64,000 nt of DNA from Nemertoderma westbladi (taxonomy: Eukaryota; Animalia; Xenacoelomorpha): contig JAUCBJ010001693.1 of NCBI GenBank assembly GCA_032718475.1, positions 14,641 through 78,640 of the forward strand, written 5' to 3'. Numbering within the stretch: position 1 is the first letter of the stretch; every line of letters starts with the position of its first letter. The translations under genes were made by a program, and so were the position numbers. The notes under the pieces are model-generated. The model had not been told where the DNA came from, made no database searches, and saw only the letters and a program-made list of their open reading frames with translations. Positions 29,301 through 41,300 of this stretch are shown here, one piece after another.

Positions 29301-32300
29301 TACGGCAACTCACATTTGTGTCGTAGCTTAAATAAAGCAAAGTAATTGGCTAATATTAATATGTTTTAATAAATGTGGCCATTTTTGTATTTTTTAAACA
29401 AGTTTAGCTTTTTTATGGTAATTTCTACAATAATTTATTAATCATTAGAACATTATTTTCTAATTACGTACATGTCATTCGGATGGGAACCAGTCAAGCT
29501 GGCAATATATTTGCGATAGTGGAATAAAAAATATAAAAAATGCAACACACAACATGCAATCGAACAAACAATGTAACTCAAACTTGAATATAAAATAACA
29601 TCAACAACTAGAGTCCATAATACTCCTGCACTCGAGCTCGCTTCTGTGAAAAACTAAGAGAGTTTAATTGCAAAGGTTGTGGTAATAAAATCAGCATTAG
29701 TTACGTCAATTTGCTTCGGCGCCCCACAGAAATGCAGAATTGTACAGACTTTATTGAGTAATTAGAGGTCGATATAGAGAACAGCCGGGGTAGCGCATTA
29801 CAGTATTTAAGTAACATTATTTTACTTATTTTACTTTTTTCGCTCGAATTACCCGATAATCGGGAGATAAAAGAACTTATTTTTTCATTGAGGGAGTAGC
29901 CACCCTAGAGTCAAAGTTTCAGATATTTGTTTTTTTTATTCATCTAGAGTAGAATTTAATGAGAATTTAATTTAATTTCAAATCTTAAAACGGCTTAGTA
30001 GAGATATATAATTTAATTCCAGAGTAATCGTGGAATCTCTGCCTCCTATGAATCTGACCGTCACAATGTATGACGGTCAGGCAGACAATCCGACTGACAG
30101 ACAGAGTAGATTAAATTAGACTAGATAATAATTGGAGGAAGCTCTATTCTTAGACATTCTGAAACTGATTAAAAATCAAACGTTTTCTAAAATTACAGGG
30201 GTTTCTATCTATTCTAGCTCTTACAGCATATTTTATGATATGCTTAAAAAATGTAAATTAGGATGAATGACTGGGGTGGGTATGAAACTTCTGTAGGACA
30301 AGACATGGATTATTTATATTCCTAGCCAGCCAGCCTGCATTCCATGCCTATTACTGTAGAGTCTGTTATTTTTATTTATTGTTTTCGTTCTCAGTAGTGA
30401 ACGACCGGGGGTACAAAATCGACGGGGGTCGGGGCCGGGGGAATTGCTTTAGGCCGGGGCCGGGTATTAAAAAATAAATTTACAACACAACAATTCAAAT
30501 TACTGTACAATAACATAAAAAAATTACTGGAAATAAAATGAATAATTTAATTTTATAGTGTAGGTAGGGTTGGGTGGGGTTAAAGACAGTTTTAGTCTAG
30601 GGTTGTGATTTCCGAATTACTAACTAACTCCGAATAACTGAGTCTCGTGCTGCGCGACGAGCGTGCAATGTTGTTGTCACGGACACGGCGTAATTTCAAC
30701 CTACGATTGATCTTAAATTATTTACGATTAATCGTAGTGAAGATACGTTTTATTCACAATAGCAATACGATTAATCTTTCTCACGATTAATCGTCAAATT
30801 TCTACGATCAATCTTGACAACGTGCGATTTTATTCACATCAAACATACGATTAATCGTAAAAATAGTACAAATTAGATCGTACGATGGCGATTAATTGTG
30901 AGTTTTATTCACACTCGCCCTGGATATAGGGAATATGGAATGAAAATAATCCCGTTAACAGAATAAATACGCCTTTAATTTTTACAGGTATTGAAAATCA
31001 CCCACCTAAATTATGTTGTATATTACATCCAATCAAGAACCTTTAATATAATTTAACCAATGGACAACAGATTCTAGAATTTAATCTTCATATTATATAA
31101 ATAACAAAAACGTCGATAAAACTTGTCATACGCAAAACACTAATGATTTAAGTTGCACAAAGTTTTATTAGGATAAATAAATAATAGAAACAGTACTGGT
31201 GATTAGGTTCCATTGCTGTGATGGCTTACAATGAGAGTGAAAATGGCGTGTTGGGTGAGGATGAGTTACTGAGTTGGGCCTTAGAGGAAGATAGAAAGAA
31301 GGATATTGTGAGTAGATCAACCAGCAGAAAAGATATGGAGAAACGGAGACGAAAGAAACGGAAGGGAAGTAAGAAGGGAAAGAAGAAGGGAAAGAAGAGC
31401 AGGTCTAGGAGTCGCCGAGGTAAAGGAAGTCGGTCTAGAAGTCGTAGAGGAAAGGGGAAGAAAGGAAAGAAGATGAAGGGAAGATCGAAAAGTCGGGGGA
31501 AGAAAGGAGTAGGGAAGTCTCGATCAAGGGGCCTTGGAAGAAGAGCCGATGGGAAAAGTCTTGCCAGTCAGGGAAAACTTGATCCTTGCAGCAAGTTTAT
31601 GAAGAAGTTGGCAAAAGAGGATATGAAACTGAACTAATTAATCCTGTAAACTGATATTTTCCTGCCTCGCGGTCAACTATTTTATTGATAAAGCGTTACT
31701 AATAATATATTATTTAATGAATTAAGATTTTAATCTTAATTCATTAAATAATATATTCTTAGTAACGGTCCTACTGTTATCTGTCAATTACTTTATCTTT
31801 CATGCAATGATTATAAATATTATCCTACATGCCCATAACTAAAGAAATAAATTTACTCAAGAAATTCCAGAAACATGTTGCATTTCTATAACTGCTTGTA
31901 AGCCAACATATTATTATAATGTTAACTTTACTTCACCGTAGAAGTAAGTTTCGAACGCCCATAGCTATTTATTATATTATATATTTTTAAAAACTGCCAT
32001 CTCGAAAATGCTCCAGTTGCACCGCAGTTATTCTTTAACCTAATTGATTTGGTACCAATGGAAAGCTGGCCATGCAAGGATTCCAAATAATAATGTAAAA
32101 ACATTTGAATTTGGTTGGGTGCAGAGAGATGTACTTTTTCGAATTTGTAATGCCAAATTTGTGGGAAGATCTGTGGATACCTCAATGTGTGACTATTCCA
32201 CAATAGTTTATTTTATCGGGGTAGTTCGTACTTTAGATAGTATATGTTGGAATTGACTGAGCATACCAATAGTTCTTACTCGCGAAGTTAGTTCTTTGTC

Positions 32301-35300
32301 TTGATAGGCATACGGCCCCTGGATATAGTGAATATGGAATGAAAATAATCCCGTTAACAGAATAAATACGCCTTTGATTTTTACAGGTATTGAAAATCAC
32401 CCACCTAAATTATGTTGTATATTACATCCATTCAAGAACCTTTAATATAATTTAACCAATGGACAACAGATTCTAGAATCCGACCACGACGGAATGCCGT
32501 ACCAATCGGTGAGCGGGTGAATTGACGTCATTCGCCTACCGTACCGACCAGGGGCGGACCCAAGGTTATTGGACATGGACACGGACATGTATCAATGTGG
32601 AACTCTGCGCCCCCGGTCCCAAATGCGCCCGTGGCCCCCGCCGCGGCCTCGAATGCGCCCGTGGCCCCCGCCGTGGCCCCGAATGCGCCCGTGGCCCCCG
32701 CCGCGGCCCCGAATGCGCCCGTGGCCCCTGCCGCGGCCCCGAATGCGCCCGTGGCCCCCGTCACGGCCCCGAATGCGCCCGTGGCCCCCGCCGCGGCCCC
32801 GAATGCGCCTGTGGCCCACGCCGCGGCCCCTAATGCGCCCGTGGCCCACGCCGCGGCCCCGAATGCGCCCATGGCCCCCGCCGCGGCCCCGAATGCGCCC
32901 GTGGCCCCCGCCGCGTCCCCGAATGCGCCCGTGGCCCCCGCCACGGCCCCGAATGCGCGCGTGGCCATTTCATGTAAAGGTTGCAGGAAAGTTTACCGTT
33001 ACCCAGCTAGCCTTACAAAGCATCAGATTTTGTGTCCGCGGTTCAAAGCTGCTGATAACTTAGAACTGCTGTCACAGCTCCCTTTTTCCTTGCCAAATAC
33101 ACTGCCAAAAATAGGTGCTGATGCGAACAGCTTATCATTCATATCCTGGAACGTGGAGGGAGCAGAGACCACATTGGACACGACCATCGATGAAACTTTT
33201 ACCAACACAGACGTTCTGTTACTCACTGAGACTTTTATGGAAGACCTCGTTATTGATGGGTATGCTTGCTACAATGTCCCTTGTGAAAAACAAGACCATG
33301 GCCGTCCAACGGGTGGTCTAACCATAGGAATCAACTCTCGGCTATCATTCGTGCATAAATGTTTATTCTCTAGCCCGTCAATAATAGCCGTGCAATGCCC
33401 GAATTTCCATATTATTTTAGCTTATTTTAAACCTGTGACCGATGTAACCGAGATACTATTGGAGCTCAACGACGTGGTACAGTTGGTGTTGTTTAAAGCA
33501 AACATTCCCGTGATTTTAGCTGGCGATTTTAATTGCCGGATAGATGGCGACAGTACGCGTGGTGATCTGTTATGTGACTCTCTATTGGGTCTCAATCTCG
33601 TATCAATCTCAGACCCTAAATTGCCGACTTATATCTGTTGGAATGGAACTAGTGTTATCGATCTTGTGTTTGCCAGTACCAATATCTTAGATTATATCAA
33701 CACCGCAGTAATACATACAATCAATACTAAACACCAGCGCGTCAATATCAATCTATCAATGGAACATATTAATTCTGTTGGAATTGGAACACGAGATAAA
33801 CGCCCTGAGACAATCCGTAACATCGATACGGACAAACTAGGTGAATTACTCGACCCGGAAATCTTTGCAAATGCATTGGCTGACAGTGTCGATTCGGCAT
33901 GCAAACATGTATCCGATGCAATTACTCAGTCTGCAATAAACCGCCCACAAAGGAAATCAAAGCCATGGTTTAACAAATCCTGTTATAATCTTATGTCCCA
34001 GGTTAAACAACATCGTAGTTTAATAAACAGCGACTCATCGGATACCCAACTGGAAGCATACAGAACCATTCAGAAGGAATATAAATCAACTATGAAAGCG
34101 AATAAAAAGTTATACTCAATACGGCGTGAGTCGAATATAATTAAACGTTGTGAATCAGACCAAAAGGAATTCTGGAACATATTGAAAACTCGGAAAGAAA
34201 CATCAGTGTCCCACCAGGTGACTAATGAGAGCTGGTTCAACCATTTCACATCTCTGCTTACAAGACCAAATCCACCTCAGCTTCCTGAAGTCGATAATAA
34301 CTATGAAGATTACCTTGATACCACAATAACGGGGGAAGAAGTAACTGCAGCTGTAGCAAGCCAGAAGTCGGGAAAGGCTGCTGGCCCAGACGGTATCACT
34401 AATGATATACTGAAAAAAGGGTTCGGCCATCTGTTCCCTTTTCTGTTCGCGTTATTCGCTGTATGCTTCTCGAAAGCAACCTGCCCTATAGCATGGCTAA
34501 CCTCAATAATTATTCCATTGTATAAGGGAAAAGGCCCAAAGTCTTCGCCGGATGCATACCGCGGGATCGCACTGTTATCTTGTTTATTTAAAACGTATAC
34601 CTCAATCCTATTCAAACGGTTATATACATGGGCCGAGACATATAATAAACTTCCAGACGAACAGTATGGTTTCCGTACTGGCCGATCCACATTAGACGCT
34701 GTACGCAAATTATACAGTTACATATCTAACTCATTGCCATCGGGTAGTCCAGTGTATTGTGTCTTTGTGGATTTCACAAAGGCATTCGACTCTGTTAACA
34801 GGGTCAAATTAGCCTATAAATTATCCAAACTTGGAGTAAGTCGAATATTTATCTCAGCAATATGGGCTTTAATAGCTACAAACTGCATTCGCATTTGTGT
34901 AGGATTGTATCTATCAGACCCAATTTTTCAGATGATCGGTGTAATACAAGGTGACAAGTTGTCGCCGCTACTTTTTAGCTTGTTCATTGCTGACCTGCCT
35001 CTAGTTCTGACCGGTATTGGTATTGGTCTACTCCTTTATGCCGATGACCTAGCTATCTATGGAAATTCGATTAATTCGGTGCAAAAAACTTTAGACAAAC
35101 TCTACAAATATTGTGATGAAAATGACTTACATGTAAATTTGTCCAAAACTAAGGTAGTGAAGTTCCGCCGTGGTGGACGCTTGTCAAAGCAAGATAAACT
35201 TTTTTATAACAACAAATCATTGGAATTTATTAACAATTTTAATTACTTAGGAGTAGTGTTTACAACTACAAACAAATCATCAGGCCATTACAAACACTTA

Positions 35301-38300
35301 TATAAACGTGGTGTTGCCTCGTGCATGCGACTAGCCTGCATAGTTGATATGCATTCGATATCGTACCCCTCTGCTCAAAAATTATGGTCCCTGGTGGTGT
35401 TTCCCGCTGTTACCTACGGCATATCTGTATTCCAGAACTTAACAAAGGAACAACAGAAACAATTAGAACACGTAATAAAGGTGCGCGGTTTTTTCTGGAA
35501 AATTTGGTGTGGAGTAGCGAAATATGCGTCCACTACAAAGATTTTAGAAGCTGTTGATAACCCAAACAGCACATCAATCTCATTGGCCAACTTAGCTGGG
35601 AACAGGCGCCGCATAGCGGCACAGTTCCTATCTAATGGGTTTCACCACAAAGTCTGCCAAGAGGGGAGATGCTGGAGACCAAAAGATAAATGTGTCTGTC
35701 GTCTCTGTAAAGAGCCAGCAAAAGATGTTGCCCACACTTTGGTTTGTGAAGCTATACCAAATCCCCAAACCCCACTGGAACTTGCCTTTTACCTGCAAAA
35801 GCTCGATTGACCATTTTACCGACATTTTATGTGCATTAATTTTTACCAAATTTAACTTAGCCAAAATATATAATAAAATATTAACTAAATGGTATTTATT
35901 TCTAACATAGTATATTTTATGCGTGTACTGATTAATTTGTATATTAGTGCTAAAAATTATGTCCTCAATTAACTGTATGTATTATTTTATATTTATTGTG
36001 TATTTTATTAATATCTATATCCTCTTACGTCCAATCTGGATATTACACGTCTTATGAATTATCGATTCTAGAATTTAATCTTCATATTATATAAATAACA
36101 AAAACGTCGATAAAACTTGTCATACGCAAAACACTAATGATTAAAGTTGCAACAAATTTTTATTAGGATAAATAAATAATAGAAACAGTACTGGTGATTA
36201 GGTTCCAGTGCTGTGATGGCTTACAATGAGAGTGAAAATGGCGCGTTGGGTGAGGATGAGTTACTGAGTTGGGCCTTAGAGGAAGATAGAAAGAAGGATA
36301 TTGTGAGTAGATCAACCAGCAGGAAATATATGGCGAAACGGAGACGAAAGAAACGGAAGGGAAGTAAGAAGGGAAAGAAGAGCAGGTCTAGGAGTCGCCG
36401 AGGTAAAGGAAGTCGGTCTAGAAGTCGTAGAGGAAAGGGGAAAAAAGGAAAGACGATGAAGGGAAGATCGAAAAGTCGGGGGAAGAAAGGAGTAGGGAAG
36501 TCCCGATCAAGGGGCCTTGGAAGAAGAGCCGATGGGAAAAGTCTTGCCTGTCAGGGAAAACTTGACCTTGCAGCAAGTTTATGAAGAAGTTGGTAAAGGA
36601 GGAGATGAAACAGAACTACTATCTGAAAAAAAAATTTGTTGATTTGTTGAACTAATTAATCCTGTAAACTGATATTTTTGTAAAATCTTCTGTGGGATAT
36701 AACTGGCCCCTTTTGCTTCGCAATCCAGTTTCCCCCCAGGCGCTGGAATACTCTAAAAGGCTCTCTAACTATATATATATTCCCCTCGCCCGTAAGGTAC
36801 CGTTATAGGTGTTTTAACGGACATAAAAGTCATTCTTCTATATACGTGTTTTGGCGGACATGGTAAGGCAAAAAACCTGCAATGCACCAAATACCTTTAC
36901 ACAGCTTAGCCTTGATGATTCAGATTACGACATCTAACAGCTGGTTGCTGACATGGAAACGGCCATTGGACACATGGTTCTTTGTTTAGCTTAAGCCAAT
37001 CAGAGCGATTTTTTCTGTCGATGTGGAGCTTTTCGGCCGATCATACTAGGAGTGTTCAGTCTTACTGTTTTTGTGATACTGTTGTGTTGTTGCTATCTAG
37101 GCCAGGAACACCGGCTCTAGAGTCAACTCGTTTTCATACTTTAGAAGAAACATTAGTAGGCTTAAGATTATAGAGCGTATAACTGTTATCAGTTCAGTCC
37201 AGTCCATATCATATATCACATATCATAACTTGTCATATCATATCTTGACCTACCGTCTTAATGTTTTACTGTTGTCATATTTTGTATTAGTTGGTTGAAT
37301 ATTATTTGGAGAACATTTATAAAGAACCCAAATTTCCCAATTTTCTTGATACACTACAGGTTAGAGAGACGGGTTATATATAGCGATTGCGACTTATATT
37401 ATTGTGGTTTGTAGTGAATTTAATGCTATTTGATAAGCACTACATGAATCCGTTGCTGTTCTCTTTATATATGATAAAATTCATTGACGGTCGGCAAATT
37501 AGTGAGCAGTATTGTGTGTTACCGGTAGTGTGCATGATTGTGACTGATAACTAAGCATTTCCTAAAGAATGCGCCTCATACGTGAATCATAAGCCTTACC
37601 GACTTACCGTTGTGATTAGTATAAGTCATATCTCTGTTTACCTAGATAGAGCGCCACGTCCTAAAGGAACTGTTAATATTTCCCGAAAGTGAATAATATT
37701 AGTCAGAAATTATTTATTAACGATCAATCGAATAATACAGTAAGCTTACACTGCAATAATAATCTAAGCCCTCAGAATCCAGTCTCCCGGGTATATCCAG
37801 CGGGTGAATGGACGCGCACTAGGCTGGCTTCTGCTAATGTTGTGTTTATTGGTATTAAATATTTGTCAACTTCTAAAGTCTATTTGTAAACCAAAAGACA
37901 TATAAATTTTGGCAGGTTAAACTGCTAAAGGTCTTCAAAAGCGCGTACAATAACAGTTATAGTCTTTATTGCAGTAAGCAATAAAGTTGAAAGTACCGGT
38001 CGACCGGTAAACCTGAACCGGTACTTCTGTAGGTCAGTAGGCCCAACTGCCAGAACCGGTACTGCTGTAGGTCCGTAGGTCCAACTGCCAGAACCGGTAC
38101 TTCTGTAGGTCTGTAGGCCCAACCATCCTAACCGGTACTTCCAGTATAAGTACATTAGTATTATTCGATTTTGATTATTGTATACCGGTAGGTCTCGATA
38201 TTAAATCGGGGACGCCTGGTTTTTATTGGGATTTTACTTAGGTCCATTTCTGTCAGTTTTATTTCCTAGTAAGTTAATATTGAGCTGAAGACGTGTAAGT

Positions 38301-41300
38301 CTGCTCAGATTGTTCAGATAACTGTAGGCCGGACTGTTGTCGGATTGTTGTTGGGTTTGGAGAGATTACTGCGTGTGTAGAGTTTGTCCGATAGAGTGCC
38401 AGTTAGTAAGTTGGGGCAGCCATAGCTGTAAGGTCAATCCCCTCTTAAAGAATAAGTCGTACTACCGTGTTAGAACGCATACTAACTAACCATTTTGGAA
38501 TCTGCACATACTGTAGTTTATTTAGGCTTGACAGTATTCTGCCAGCGTTTTGGCCTGTGTTTGTTTGTGTGGTCTGTTCAGGTACCGTAATAGTTATTAC
38601 TCAGATATTTTGTAGGCTGGATTGTTGTCTAGCTATTATTAGGTCTGAAGAGATTGCTGCGTGTGTAGAGTTTGTCTGATAAAGTGCCAGTTAGTAAGTT
38701 GGGGCAGCCATAGCTGTAAGGTCAATCCCCTCTTAAAGAATAAGTCGTACTACCGTGTTAGAACGCATACTAACTAACCATTTTGGAATCTGCACATACT
38801 GTAGTTTATTTAGGCTTGGTGGTAGTCTGCCAGCGTTTGGTTTGTATTTTGTTTGAGTAGTCTGTACACGTAGCGTAATATTTATTATTCAGAGTTTATG
38901 CGATTATTCGCAACATTCATGTCCCCAAGTTTATTCCTACAGTAATTGTGCTTGTTACACATACCGTTATAGTTAAATTAACCCCGGTACTACACGGGCT
39001 GCTTGGCGTAGGAAAAGACTGGTGACTTTGTGCTTCGGTCACTCCAGCAGATGCCGTGGTTCTTTTAACTGTTCAAGTATATTTAACTACTGATTATTTG
39101 TTGTACCAGTACTTGTACCTAATTTAGGGTTTAGTGTACAGTGCTTTCCGAAAGTAATTAGTGTGTAGGCAGTATATTTGTGTTGTAAAGTGGTTAATAG
39201 GCACGTTGGATCTGGTAGTCCGCGGTAATTAACTTCTAGGTAGGAACACTCCGTGATACATAACGTAGTACCTATAGCGATACGGCTATAGGTCGTCAGG
39301 CGGTGGTATTTTCCTATCTGGACAGTGCAATATATTTACTACTACTTATTATTTTCAAATACCGTAGTACCCTGTCCGTTGTAATAACCAGAAATCTAAC
39401 CCTTTGTTAGACTGGTTTGTAGACTTCCTGTAAAATTACCCTAAAAATTTCGTACGTAATATTTTGTTGTGTTTAATTAGAGATTTAATCTCACCCATAT
39501 CGTAAGTAATTTGTAGTATTAAGTAACTTAGGTAAATTAGAATTATCTGTTTTAGTGTCCCATAAGTAGCACTTCACTGAGAGCGCACAGCTTCTGTGTA
39601 GTGACTTCCCCAGAAATAATAACATCTATTTCAATATTGTAACAAAAACCCTTTTTAACGGGTATATATCTATTATAAATCAACTCAAACGATTTATAAA
39701 TAGTAGGCCTGCCATACAACAACTAGGTCTCAATATCAGTTGGACTACTGCTTAAATAACGGTAATAAAGTAAGTTAAAGTAACCAAGTAACCCTAAAAT
39801 ATTCAGAAATTCAATTATTCTAAAATAATTGACATACCGGTATTTACCATAGGCTTATTATATTTATTTCTATAAATTTGTGCTGAAATCATACCGGTAT
39901 TCTGTAATTAATTCTAGTCTGTAATAATTATACTTATATATACTATAAGTGTCAGCTGTATACCGGTATTCACGATAGGCCTATTATATATTTATATATA
40001 TTTGTGCTAAAATTATATACCGGTACTCTGTGACAAATCTAGTCTGTAATAATACTTATATATATACTATAAGTGTATACCGGTATTCTAATATACTGTA
40101 ATAAATTACCGGTACTAGGCCAACGGTCATACTGAATTACTAGACTTGCTTTAACTGTATTTATAGCCGTAGGCATTCAACTGTGTAAACAAACATGTCA
40201 GACGCAACCAAATCACTGTCAGATAGTCTCTTAGAAAGTGTTAGAATGAGTATTAGACATAGGCAGCGTATTAAAAGGATCTGTGACCAAGATCCAAGTA
40301 TAGAACATCCTAGATCCAAGTCTAAGTCACCTACTATTGTAAGAAAGGCCATCCCTACAGTAGTAGTGTCAGACCCTAGGCTAGTAGAACAGCGTAGGTC
40401 TATCATCGGCACTCGGGCCCAAGTCAAGCGGGATCAAGAAGCAGCTATCAAACAGCAGCAACCTCCTAGCCAAAAACCTAGTTCTCAGCAGCCCGATAGC
40501 TCCAGTAGTTTGGATACTGTTGAGCGGACACCCGAACGCGGAGAGAAGATGGCGGATACGGTTTATGATGAGCGGCCAACCTATGAAGAATCAACCGACG
40601 CCACTTCTTCTCAAGTGGAAAGCGAAGTGGAAAGCGAAGTGGAAAGCGAATTAACAGCAGCAGAGAAGCCGCGAACTAGAGACGCCATTGACATATATCT
40701 GTCAGACTATCAGCGATTCCTAGGAGACGAAGAGTTGAGGAGACGACTGTCTGGACTTCGCCCTAATAGTGAAGGAACCAAGCTTGTGTTGGACGCAATC
40801 GATGCGGAAATGTTAGCTGCGAACCAAACTAAATTCGATGAACAACTCCGCATCACTAGAGTCCAAGAAGAACAAGTAAAGAAAAAAGCGATAGAAGACA
40901 GAAAGAAAGCGGCAGTGGCAGCAGCAGCGGCAAAGGCGGCAGCGGAAGAGGCAAAAGCGGCAGTGGCAGTGGAAGTGGCAGCAGCAGTGGCAAAAGCGGC
41001 AGCGGCAGTGGAAGCAGCAAAAGCAGCAGCAGCAATAGCATTGGCAGAAGCAGAACAGAGAGCGTCTGAAGAGACCACCCAACTGGAGTTGGAAAATCTT
41101 CAAGAGACGCAAGACTGCATAAATAAACAGTTAACTGCTAATCAAATGCAGATGATGAGTCGATCTACTCCCAAACGCCAAGGATACACATCATCGGAGG
41201 AAGGCGAAACCACCGATCCTGAAGGCGGAGGAAATAGATCTCGTCTAAGCAGGCGTAGAAAAGCATCTCACCGTCACAAATTGCCTGATTTGCCCCCAGC

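Larger units (their letters stand above)
32480..36063 (+). mobile_element. Non-LTR retrotransposon (LINE, APE-RT type) with intact ORF
   Basis: 11-bp TSD GATTCTAGAAT (32469-32479, 36064-36074) interrupting the 1.4-kb unit; AT-rich 3' UTR without poly(A). Confidence 0.95.

Noticed and set aside
31928-32256. Short ORFs repeated in each 1.4-kb unit (also 59566-59852, 60930-61219)
   Set aside because: Fall in the MITE-derived spacer; their conservation reflects recent duplication only.
32522-33063. Alternative-frame and antisense repetitive ORFs (RPWPPP, ATGAFG, RGRGGGH)
   Set aside because: Shadows of the 30-bp repeat; only the 32595 frame continues into APE-RT.
36982-37889. Short ORFs duplicated at 48019-48926
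   Set aside because: Chance ORFs inside the two LTRs.
36679-37949. Hammerhead ribozyme (retrozyme) in the LTR
   Set aside because: No CTGANGA…GAAA core with flanking helices was found by eye.
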